A stretch of DNA of 53,950 nt, counting the filler, from Bipalium vagum (taxonomy: Eukaryota), in NCBI GenBank assembly GCA_037834085.1. It is 3 parts of 3 records of this genome, joined end to end, with 100 filler letters (N's around TTAATTAATTAA, not from the genome) between each part and the next. Parts side by side here need not be neighbours in the genome. Positions count along the whole stretch, not along the records: positions 1 to 15,541 come from JBBMKC010160728.1; positions 15,642 to 33,810 come from JBBMKC010038282.1; 1 more part is not named here. The stretch is one strand, 5' to 3'. Position numbers and translations under genes: made by a program. Each line of letters starts with the position of its first letter. The first letter of the stretch is position 1. Below the pieces are notes generated by a model. The model made no database searches and was not told the origin of the DNA. It was given only the letters and a program-made list of their open reading frames with translations. Below, piece by piece: positions 13,501 to 23,635 of this stretch.

Positions 13501-13728
13501 TCGTGATTTTTTCTTTCGTTTTTCTTTATCTTGACCTTTTGATTCCAATGGAGTCACTGGTAATGCTAAACTTTCTGATGAACGTGAAAAACTTTCAAGA
13601 CTTCGTAAAGAATTCGGAGAATGAACTTTCAATTGATCGTCTGACGCATTTGAAGCAACAACTACCTTAAAATCGTTATCGTAGTTTATTTCAGAATTGT
13701 TATTTTTCTTTTTGAACATTTGTTTCAT
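10600..13728 (-). CDS. GOLGA3: GOLGA3/golgin-160-like long coiled-coil protein, giant exon (1043 codons)
   Basis: Uninterrupted 3129-nt frame with E/K/Q/L heptad-rich coiled coil after a Ser-rich head. RSWFEDQLKSAEETK resembles GOLGA3 QWYQQQLALAQEAR. It ends at donor CAG|gtatat (10600); the ORF-track tail 10465-10599 is intron read-through. ATG is immediately preceded by ttttag. Confidence 0.8.
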
Positions 13729-14081
13729 CTAAAATATAAAATTCGTTAATCGAAATATAAAATTGAAATCATGCAATGTGAAAATGTGCAAATAGAAATT
13801 CAATTATTTACAAAGCAATCTGTAATAATTATAATTCATTCGATAAAACACAGGAAATACTCAAGTTTCAGATTTTACTTTTAAAAATTGATATTTTCAA
13901 AAATATCTTGTTTAACTTTGTTCTTTGTGCATCTTTTTAAGTATTACTATTTATTAGGTCTACTAAAGTTTCTTAAGATCTTTAAATTTAAATATAAATT
14001 ATTGTAATAATATTGTATAATTATATTTTGTAAATAATTATATATTAAATGACTGAAACCTTAAACCTATGTAATTTATAT

Positions 14082-15100
14082 ACAGTTCTGTAATAAAACA
14101 GAGACATCACATTATTTGAATATACATACATGTTCTGAGTTTTATGAAGTTTTTTCTAGCGCGAATAGTAATTGATCAAATGGTTTCATCTTTTAGTAAA
14201 TGATTTAAATGATTTCATCAAAGGCAAAATAAGCCTGTTGAGATGACAAGGAGTATCTTTAAGAAATATAGCTAAATATTTTCGTAACATCGTTCCTTTG
14301 TAAGTAAAATAAGGAAAGTACAGAACGACGGGAAATAAAAATCGAAAAATTGGTTCTGGAAGGAAACAACACTTTAGAAATAGTGATGGTAGAAGCTTGA
14401 AAAGTATTAGCAAGGACAATCGAAAATTATCAAAGATAAAAGTGCTTAAAGAATATAAGCATTTTCATAGTATATGCTCTCGTGTAACTCTATTGAAACC
14501 AATGAAAAAATTGAATGTTATAGTTATAGATGAAAAGAAATTTTTATTACATAGGAATAACTTCAAAATAAATTTTTGGTAAGAAAATAGTAAAAAAAAT
14601 AATGAGGATTGCTTGACAACCACTAAAAAATCGCCAAAAGGATTATGTTGTAGCATGTTTCAGTGGCAGAGGCATGGGAAGTGCACAAATTCTTAAAGGA
14701 GCTGTTAATAGTGATGGTTATAGTGATGTTCTGAATACAATACTACTTCCTAATATCGATGATCATTTTCAATATAATTTATATGTCCATTTCATCCAAG
14801 ATAATTCTAGTCTTCATAAGTCTAAAAAAGTATGAAGTTGTTTGTAAATAATCATGTGAAAGTGATTGAGCTTCATGCCAAATCCCTAAATCTTAAATGT
14901 ATATAGAACATTTTATCCATAGTAAAACATAAAGGACAATTAATATATCATGATAAAAAGAGACCTATTGCAGCATTTCTCCGCGTTTGTCATCAAAATA
15001 TATCAAGAAATTTATGCTCTAATTTATCAGCACTTAGAACACTCAGAATAACGGTAATAATAAGTTTGGAAGGTATTCACACCAAACATTAAAATTTCGT
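14082..15100 (+). mobile_element. Decayed Tc1-like (DD34E) transposon
   Basis: Starts TA|CAGT at about 14082. Catalytic motifs VIDEKKF, ACFSGRGMG and FIQDNSSLHKSK...AKSLNLKCI*N have 34 residues between the second D and the mutated E after correcting one frameshift. Ends EGIHTKH*. Confidence 0.75.
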
Positions 15101-15149
15101 TACAATTTTTTTGACAACTCACGATTGTTTATTTCTTAATATATATTAT

Positions 15150-15470
15150 GGGTATAGGTAAATAATGATGTTTTTTTTAAAAATCGAAGCATGGTAATTT
15201 CGAAACAAAAATAAAAAATAATTTATTCAAAATAATAACACATTTCTTCCATCTTTCAGTCAATTTATGAATTCTATCCAAAAAAAAACTTTTCTAGTTT
15301 CGAGGCGAACCATACAGAGATCCAATTTTGGACATCTTCATACGATTTGAAGTGCTGCTCAGCAAGTCCTAATGCCATTGAACGGAACAGGTGAAAATCG
15401 GAAGTCGAATACGACAAGTTGGTGAGTACTTCCCATTTCATATCTTTTAACATGCTTTTTTTTTAACCAA
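15150..15470 (-). mobile_element. Mariner transposase C-terminal remnant
   Basis: Minus strand MKWEVLTNLSYSTSDFHLFRSMALGLAEQHFKSYEDVQNWISVWFASK...RIHKLTERWKKCV closely follows the Mos1-type C-terminus. Confidence 0.85.
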
Positions 15471-15541
15471 AGTTAAAAAGTCAGTTATTCAAATATTCAA
15501 TTGTCAAGATAAAAAGCAGCAATTATTGTTATAATTATTGG

Positions 15542-15641
15542 NNNNNNNNNNNNNNNNNNNNNNNNNNNNNNNNNNNNNNNNNNNNTTAATTAATTAANNN
15601 NNNNNNNNNNNNNNNNNNNNNNNNNNNNNNNNNNNNNNNNN
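15542..15641. other. Assembly gap: 44 N + TTAATTAATTAA + 44 N artificial linker
   Basis: Exactly 100 nt; the 12-mer gives stops in all six frames; an identical construct is at 33811. Confidence 0.95.

Positions 15642-15711
<70 letters not shown>
15642..15711. repeat. (AAT)n microsatellite at contig edge
   Basis: Direct run of aat; produces the spurious poly-Ile ORF 15594..15845. Confidence 0.95.
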
Positions 15712-15715
<4 letters not shown>

Positions 15716-16460
15716 TAACAAGGCTAATAATTAATACTTTTATCATTTCCATTTGAATGATTTTATCTATTAGGTCAGTATATATATTCATCCGTATTAA
15801 TAAATTAATGTAAAAATATAAATATAAATATAAAATATAGAACATTATAATACTTTAAATAAAGTTTCCATTGATTATTATAATCTTTTGTCATATAATT
15901 GAAAGTTTTTTTTAGTGCAATCTGTGAAAAAGGTTTCTCATTTCGGAACGAAAAGCTCAAAATGTGTTTTGACCTTGTCTTTTATATGAGACTTCCCAAC
16001 AAAAAAAATTTGAAGTACCAACAATTAATGAAAATCACGGATAAATGCCCAAAAAATAAAACGTGCAAGAAAAATTCTAAATCACATTCCCAACTATCAT
16101 CGTACAGAGCAGTACAATGGTAAAATAAAAAGCTTTTCGATGTTCATTAATTTCGAATACTTTTCTATTATTGTAGAATTTAAAATTTTTTATTTTTTTT
16201 TTAATTAGACTTTTAAACAGAATATTTTGTTAGGTGGTCATTAGATTTGTAAATTCGAATTTGGTAAACCGATCATTGATGAAATAAACTGTTTCAAAAT
16301 TATTACTTCTATAAATTAAAACAAAAAAACACCACTTAATCTATTCAAATATCAATATTCATTCCTTTAACATGACCATCCTGGACTACAATTAGTAAAA
16401 CTAAAGCCCTAAATATTATATAATCATGATAATGAAACTTTACCACACTCACCACACTCC

Positions 16461-16501
16461 TCAGAAATCTGCTTTATCGATTATCAGTCTTTCCTTACCC
16501 G
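16461..16501 (-). CDS. Candidate last coding exon of the HR1-like/WH2-like gene
   Basis: Acceptor taaatttag|CG at 16501 is phase-1 compatible with the donor at 18474. Encodes (T)GKERLIIDKADF* and is followed by GTGAGT 8 nt after the stop. Confidence 0.35.
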
Positions 16502-16831
16502 CTAAATTTATTTTTTGGAACAAGAAGTTCTTATAATCAATTTGATGTCAAAAATAGAATTTATCTCTTGTAAAAACCTATGGCCAGGCCATTTTTCCGT
16601 AAAGATTATTAATATTTTAGGTCATTGTTGTAGCTGTGAATGGTGAATATTTCAATAAAAAGTCTTTCATAACTAATTAGTTTTGGTTGATAAAAAAAAC
16701 AGGCAATAATTTTTCCTCAATTTAATAACTTTTAGAAGTAATAGAGAAAATAATGAATCTCGAAAATTCATTAAAGCATTTTCAAAGAATAGAATTGTAA
16801 AACAGAGTGTAAATGAAAAATTATGCTTACC

Positions 16832-16883
16832 ACATTAGGTATCGTAAAATTGATAAACATTAGGTATCGTAAAATTGATAAAC
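16832..16883. repeat. Perfect 25-bp tandem duplication (acattaggtatcgtaaaattgataa x2)
   Basis: Seen directly. Confidence 0.9.
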
Positions 16884-17589
16884 TACAAAAAATTAATAGA
16901 AAATATTATAATAATATTATTTTTCAAAAGATCTCCAAGATAAGTGGATGTTGTAAGTAAAATGTTGAACATTAATTATAATTGTGAAAGTTGATAATGA
17001 TCTTAATCGTAATATGTAAGCCCACCCAGGATATACATCTCATTTCGACAAACGAAATCGAAATTGGATCTTCTGTCATTTAATGTCTCAGATTATGATT
17101 ATTTCCCCAATCAAACATGATAAAAGTAAAATATATTTACATTTATATAATGTATCATATATAAAAATTATTCTTTGTCAGAAGTAGTTTCACCACAATA
17201 TATTATATACGTATTTCGTGCTAATTAAAACATTTATCTTCAATGATCACCAATAATTGTGCAATGTGAATATTTTCTCAGAAATATAAATTTAAAATTA
17301 CAACAATATCGCAAACATAATATTTATGCAATTTAATTTAGAATTAATAGAAAGAAAGGAAGTGAAAATCTGTAAAATATAACATGAATCAAAGGGTATT
17401 ATTATATAAAAATTAAAGAAATATTAATTTTCACTCATAACTTTATGGCCAAATAAAATTTTTAAAATATTTTTCGAAAATTTCGTGGCAAAACGTAAGG
17501 GGCATCTGCAATTATTTACTGAATATAAGAAAAGTTTTGAAAATGAAAAGAATAAAACAAGATTTATTATTCAAAAATCAATATTTTTT

Positions 17590-17915
17590 TCACAAAATTT
17601 CATTTTAGCTCGACACATTTAGTCCAACGTTTTCCTGCAATTAGGTTGGAATGACGTTCATCAAGATCAAGTCTTGTAAAAAAGCTGTTTACAGCATCAG
17701 GTACCTCTTGATGGTCATGGAAATGCTAACCACATATGATTTTTTTCAGGTCTGATGGACCCAAACTGGGTAAATAGGGTAGATGATCAAGTAAGTCGTA
17801 CTTCAATTCATTTAATTTTGTCTTATTCAAAAAGCTTTTGTGAGCTGGTACTTTGTCTTGCAAAAAATTGATTTTTTCTTCGGCTAAAAGGGTTGTTTTT
17901 AATGAATTTTGTCAT
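17590..17915 (-). mobile_element. Mariner transposase C-terminal remnant
   Basis: Minus strand KKINFLQDKVPAHKS...LKYDLLDHLPYLPSLGPSD...EVPDAVNSFF...KRWTKCVELK matches HQDNAPAH...HPPYSPDLAPSD...RWxKCV. Confidence 0.8.
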
Positions 17916-18473
17916 CAAATAATAATAATAATAATACTGAGAGTTGAAACAAATTACTCTACATGTGGAAATGATATTATAAATATGTTAGTATCAAAGA
18001 TGAAATATTAAAATGGCTTGTTAAATATTAAATTTTTAAATTAACCTTGTCACTTTAAAATTTTTTCAAACAGCTCTCGTAGACTTTATGTAATGTTATG
18101 AAGATATGAAATTTATTATTCCATTTTCCAGATGCTTTTATATAAAAGGATCTTCCAAACTATTTTTATACTGGAGAATAGAGATTGAAAACTTTTCTAA
18201 TCATAAAAAATATTGATAAACACAAAATTTAAGTTTAAAACTTTTATAATCCATATTAAGATTGAATTATAAAATCAAATTAAAAAAAATTATTGATACT
18301 CTATAAATGAATTAAATTAAAAAACCTTTAATCACTTGTTAGTAGTGCGAAAAACAGATTTTTTTTCTATATCAGTAGAAAAAGTTAGAACATCGACTTT
18401 GACATTTTTAATTAATCGCCGATATCAAACAAACAAGTTATTGATAAAAGTAAAACAAAAAAGTAATAATTAC

Positions 18474-18684
18474 TGTATTTTCCAATACTCATGTTATCAA
18501 CTGAACAATTTACGGCCGGGCTATCAACAATGGTATTGATCTTTCTCAATTTTAGCGTTTTCAATTCGTTCTGTATTGCACTCTGTATTTCTTTATTTGG
18601 ATTATAAAATTTATCTTTGATCTTTTGAGGTCCTAAATCAATACTTGTTGACCTTGGAGACCAGTGATTAACGTTAGAGGAATT
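18474..18684 (-). CDS. Internal exon of the HR1-like/WH2-like gene
   Basis: Acceptor cttttgtctag|AAT (phase 0) and donor A|gtaatt. Open frame NSSNVNHWSPRSTSIDLGPQKIKDKFYNPNKEIQSAIQNELKTLKLRKINTIVDSPAVNCSVDNMSIGKY; not in the ORF track. Confidence 0.6.
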
Positions 18685-19180
18685 CTAGACAAAAGATATT
18701 TTTAATTTACTGGAAGAAAGAATTTTTTTAAAACCTTATTTCTTTTAATTCTTGAATCATAAATAAAACAGAAACTGGGTTTGAACGGTTTTAAGTTTGA
18801 GAAATTTGTTTTCAATACTATAATATCTGATTACACAATATTCCTGAAAACCTTTTTAAACCATTCTATTATATATGATACTATGATTCCAATTTTTCAA
18901 TTATTTAATGTGAGGAAAATATTTTAAAATAATTTTAAGATTAAAAATAATTTCCTTTTTGTCAAGCATTTAAATCCCCAATTCTCAAGGTGAATAAAGA
19001 AGATTTTGGATTAAAGTTGCCCTTTTTATTCTTTCTATATAAAATAATATTCATTTTTTCATTTCAAAACTGCGAAATTGACTAAATGAAAAAAATAATC
19101 AAATAATAAAATTCCAAATATAAATCAAATTAATTTTTTTGTAATCGAATGAATAAATCATAATTCTTAATAATAATTAC

Positions 19181-19182
<2 letters not shown>

Positions 19183-19253
<71 letters not shown>
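19183..19253. repeat. (TTA)n microsatellite
   Basis: Direct run. Confidence 0.95.
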
Positions 19254-20367
19254 GGAAAAATTTTATTTCAATTTACCAGCAGTAACTTAAAAAGTTCATG
19301 ATAAATCAAAAGAAATAAACTCGTAAAGCAGAAATTAATGTCTTCACAAAAATGTCTGATGAAAGATATCCTTAGTTTTGAATATATACTATTATCCTCA
19401 AAGCGAATGATATTTACTTTTAACTAACAAAGTTAATATTTTTTAACATTTACCAAGTGTTAAAATATGCCAGGAAACTTGGTTTATTTATCTTTATGAA
19501 ATTGTGGAGAATCATAAAACAGGTAATAACTTCAAGAAAACCAAAAAGAGTAAGAAGATATGGCACAGGTTGAATAAAAGAACACTTTATTATGTGATCC
19601 ATCAACAGTTGATTTATATATGTTTTGTAAATTGTAGTATGATTAAGAATATATGTATTGTATAATATTTTAAAAATAAAAGCACTTCCAATAAAAAATT
19701 AATTGAAATCAATTTAAAAATTAATAAATGAGTGACAATTATTAATTTTGTTACTAAAAATAAAATATAGAATTAGTCAAATAACGAAAAAATTAAAAAT
19801 AGTAACTTTTGTTAGTACTTAAAGCAAATAAATTAAAATGATAAAAGATAAAAATTAATTAATTTTTGTCCTACAGAATAAAATGAAATAAAATAAACAC
19901 TGATAATCTTCGTTCTTTCATTTTTAGTGTCAAAAGCTTAAATTAAATACAAAAAATTATTAAAATAACATTTGTTGAAGTGTTTTCATTTAAAATAATC
20001 CTAGTAACCTTTGAAGATAATTTAATAAGCGAAACCTTCGATTATTCCACTTTTCGTAACAGAAGCCATTGCGTTGAGTATAAACACAAATATAAACTAC
20101 CAATTGAAAATTAAATTTTTGAATCATTTTACAATTAAAAAAACCCCGTTGGATTTTAATCAAAAATAAAAACTTACATGGAAATTTCTAAAAATTATAA
20201 AAATAAAGGAAGAGAAACAATTTCGATCAAAAATTCAATATGCATTGTACAAATTATTTAATTATTATTTAATAAACAAAACTTTGGACATAAAAACTTT
20301 TCTATCACGGAAAGGATAAATTTAAAGAGAAAATAATATATATTCAGAGACACTAAAATTCAATTAC

Positions 20368-20820
20368 GTTTACAGTTTGACAGTTTGGTTTCCTAGAATC
20401 CATATGCTTTTCTTGAGGCACAATGACATTATTGACTGGTTCAGGCTCCGGTGGCAATCCGATTTTTCTTAATTTCACATCCGTAAAAAGAACCGGAGAA
20501 TCTTTGACGTCTTTTTCAGTTTTGGGAAAAACTTTTTGAGACGATGGTTGATTGTTCTCGGCCAATGATTTCTTTCTCATGTTTGTTACATTTTGAATCT
20601 GTTTTGATTGAAAATTACCATCGGACACTGGGAGACTGATTCTTTCATAGTTACTTATTAAAGACTTGGTATTCATCGATAACGAATTCAATTCATGATT
20701 GTCAAAACTATTGGTATTAGATGAGTGGTTCGTAGTTGAAGATTTATGAGATGTATTCACAGAGAAATCCTGTCCGTGATATTTTTTCTTTTCTTCTTGA
20801 TTCCGATTTCCCATATCAAT
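20368..20820 (-). CDS. Large low-complexity exon of the HR1-like/WH2-like gene
   Basis: A 153-aa S/N/K-rich ORF containing FTDVKLRKIGLPPEPEP. Phase-0 donors at 20374 or 20368. A weak in-frame acceptor aag|ATT GAT ATG lies at 20820; alternatively the gene starts at ATG 20814. Confidence 0.65.
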
Positions 20821-20938
20821 CTTAATTCAATTTTTCGATGATTACTTTAATTTTCTTAAAATCTTTTTTTATTTTTTTTTCTTACAAATAAAATATTTTT
20901 TGAAAATCAATAAGATATACCATATTTTCAGGTATATA

Positions 20939-21581
20939 CACCGTTTTCACCTCTTTTTTGACAATGTCAAGTTTAATTTTGACATTGTAAAATTCTATTT
21001 CGACAAAAAGTTAATTACAACTGGTATATGTTCATAACATAAAAAATCAAACTTTATTCATTAATAATTTCCTTGTTCAAACATCTTGGAATGTATGAAG
21101 CCAAATTGCGATAGAAACCAGAGCAATCTTCACTTATAATAAGCCTATACCCATTATTTACATGTATAAGTTCCATTAAAGATTCTTGTGCATAGCAAAT
21201 TGGATGTATCATTTCTTTTTTCTGGAATATTACACTCATTTCAAGGTATAATTAAAATCTGATATAACATTGTTGATTGTAGTCTTTGAAACCGTTACAT
21301 TGAATTCTTTCAAACATTTATCAGCAATTTTGATTAAAGAGATCGAACAGTCTTCATCAATTCATTTTTTAATACATTTTGTAATATTTTGTTGTTTAGC
21401 CGATAATTTTTTTGGCCTGAAGGTACCTCTTATTGTTTTAATAAATTTCTTATTATATTTCTTGACTATTTTGTGTACTTTGATTCGTTTGACATTCTGA
21501 AATAGTTTAATTTGAACAATTGGAAATTTAAACAAAGTCAAAATTAAACTTTACAATGTCAAAATAGAGGTGAAAACGGTG
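20939..21581 (-). mobile_element. Internally deleted IS630-Tc1-mariner-type element with intact ~50-bp TIRs and TA target duplication
   Basis: TA|CACCGTTTTCACCTC... at 20939 and ...GAGGTGAAAACGGTG|TA at 21581, 46/50 identical by eye. Interior holds an HTH-region relic (IDEDCSISL..IADKCLKEFNVTVSKTTINNVISDFNYTLK) joined to a C-terminus (ISEDCSGFYRNLASYIPRCLNKEII). Confidence 0.85.
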
Positions 21582-21737
21582 TAATAAGTTGTTTTTTACA
21601 AATTTATTTCAAGTGTTAGAAAAATATTGTATGTAACATAATACGCATGCGAATCTTTGTTTAAATATTCAAATGTATTATACTTTTTTAATGAAGTATA
21701 CATTTTAAAAATTTAATAATATTTTAGATGTTTTAAT

Positions 21738-22007
21738 ATGTCAGATAAAATGAATATATCAATCAGGAAATCATATACGGTAAAGCAAAAATTTAATGCT
21801 TTAGAGTATGCGGAATTAAATGAAAATCGAGCTGCTGCTAGATTCTGTAACATAAATAAATCTAATATTATGACATGATGGAAGAAGGAAAATGTGTTAA
21901 AGACAATCCCAAAAAACATACGTTCCATAAGAGCAGGGCCTGTTAAGTATCCAGAAATCGAAAGAAAGCTCAAAAATTATGTTACGAATATAAGAGAAAA
22001 TGAATAA
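21738..22007 (+). mobile_element. pogo-like transposase N-terminal remnant (Brinker-type DBD + CENP-B HTH start)
   Basis: MSDKMNISIRKSYTVKQKFNALEYAELNENRAAARFCNINKSNIMT*WKK...KYPEIERKLKNYV fits the pogo/POGK RxSYxxxFKLxxxxYAxxxGNRAA pattern, with an internal stop. Confidence 0.75.
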
Positions 22008-22099
22008 AAATTTCTTATGTGAAATTAGTAATTTTTTATAGTTGATAAACAATTTGAATATATCGATTTATATATCAATTTGAAACTTAATAAAATTTA

Positions 22100-22830
22100 T
22101 AGTATTAGGTTAATTGTTATATAAATATAATTTGTTATATAAATGTAATACCATCTTTTATTTAAGCTGAAATAAAATGGAAAATTCGAACTCTGTTTCG
22201 ACATTATTTTAAGCAACAATTTAAAGCAAATGAAGCTGCCAGAAAAATATGCGAAGTGGAAGGTGAAAATGTGGTTTACATTCGTATAGCCCAAATCTGG
22301 TTCAAAACATTTAATGAAGGCGACAATGATTTAAACGATCAAGCGAATCAAGAAGCGCTACACAGTGTTATTGAGACCAAACCATCGACTAGCACTCGAA
22401 TATTGTCTGCAAGTCTAGATATTTCTTAAGTAACAGTTGTCCGACATCTTAAAGCAATCAGTAAGATCAACAAACGATGTATATAAGTATCTCACAATTT
22501 GACCGAAAATCATGCAAAGCGACGTGTAGAAAGCTGCTGGAAAATATGCGGGAAGATCGTTACATTAGACAACTTGTAACTTCTAGTGAAAAGTTGATAT
22601 ATTTTACCAATCCTCACAAAAATAATCAGTGGTTGGACCCTGGGCAAGTGTCAGAACCTGTTCCATAAAGAGACTGATTCTCACAGAAGACATTATTGTG
22701 CATTTGGTGGAATTTCAAATTGATTCCAAATAGTATATCACCAGACGCAGACCTATATTGTGTTCAATTGGATCAAAAAAAATTTCAAAAATTAAAGCTG
22801 AAATTGGTAAGCAGAAAGTGGGTGGTCTTC
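22100..22830 (+). mobile_element. Mariner transposase remnant (N-terminal to mid region)
   Basis: EAARKICEVEGENVVYIRIAQIWFKTFNEGDNDLND (HTH), then LVTSSEKLIYFTNP..QWLDPGQ, then KTLLCIWWNF; frameshifted. Confidence 0.85.
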
Positions 22831-23437
22831 CTTTTCTTTACCAACAAATATATCGTTTTGTGAAGAAAATATAACAATAGTTCTGGGCTTCTGTGTCAAA
22901 ATTTAAAGTATGACAAACATTATACTGGTGACAGTTATAGAAAACAATAATACTTTTAGGAAATTTCCCACTTCTCAAAACATTGTTACTCATTTTAGGA
23001 ATAGAAGAGTATAGCTAACTCGAGGTTTGTGCACGGTACAAAGTATAAAAAGCCGGTACATTTTAGAAAATTTTTGTATCTTTTTTCAAGTTGTATTTTG
23101 CATATAACGCTTTTCCTCAGAACTCAGATGTTTTGGTCAACTATGAATTCATAATTTTTTGAGTTTTAATTAATAAATGCTATGAAAAAATAATACTCGT
23201 TTTAAAAATTAAAATCAATACAGATCTGGAAAATTTTTTTTAAAAATTATAATTAATAAACCGAATCTAAAAAGGAATAAAAATAAGATATAGTTAAAGA
23301 TGTCAGAATATTTTATAGATTAATTTTTAAAAATTAATAAACAATATATATTCAAATAGTTTCAAATAATTCATTTTAATTAGTTAAAAATATCTTTAAA
23401 AACAAAAATTTTCAATAAAAAATGAAAATAAACTAAC

Positions 23438-23635
23438 CTGTTTTTGACATAAATTTAATTTTCGTTCCAACCTTTCAACAAGAGCTTCACTCTCTTTGAT
23501 ATGTTGACTATACTTAAGAAAATCAGCATTGTTTTTTTGGTTCGTGGCCAATTTTTGTAAATCTTTGTATGTACAAAGATCTTTTTTCTCAGATGATATT
23601 TCCCGTAATAAAAGTCTGTGTAAAGATTCTTTGTC
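23438..23635 (-). CDS. Internal exon encoding an HR1-like helical hairpin
   Basis: Acceptor caaatag|GAC and donor CAG|gttagt, 198 nt, phase 0/0. Encodes DKESLHRLLLREISSEKKDLCTYKDLQKLATNQKNNADFLKYSQHIKESEALVERLERKLNLCQKQ; not in the ORF track. Confidence 0.7.

Noticed and set aside
15586-15597. Palindromic TTAATTAATTAA repeated at 33855 as a biological motif
   Set aside because: Centred in fixed-length N gaps; artificial linker
15594-15845. Poly-Ile ORF
   Set aside because: Translation of an (AAT)n microsatellite plus Ns
16832-16883. Direct repeats as a CRISPR-like array
   Set aside because: Only two adjacent copies, no spacers, eukaryotic context
20800-20814. MGNRNQ as an N-myristoylation start
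   Set aside because: An in-frame acceptor 6 nt upstream and a phase-matched upstream exon suggest this Met may be internal; no Ser/Thr at position 6
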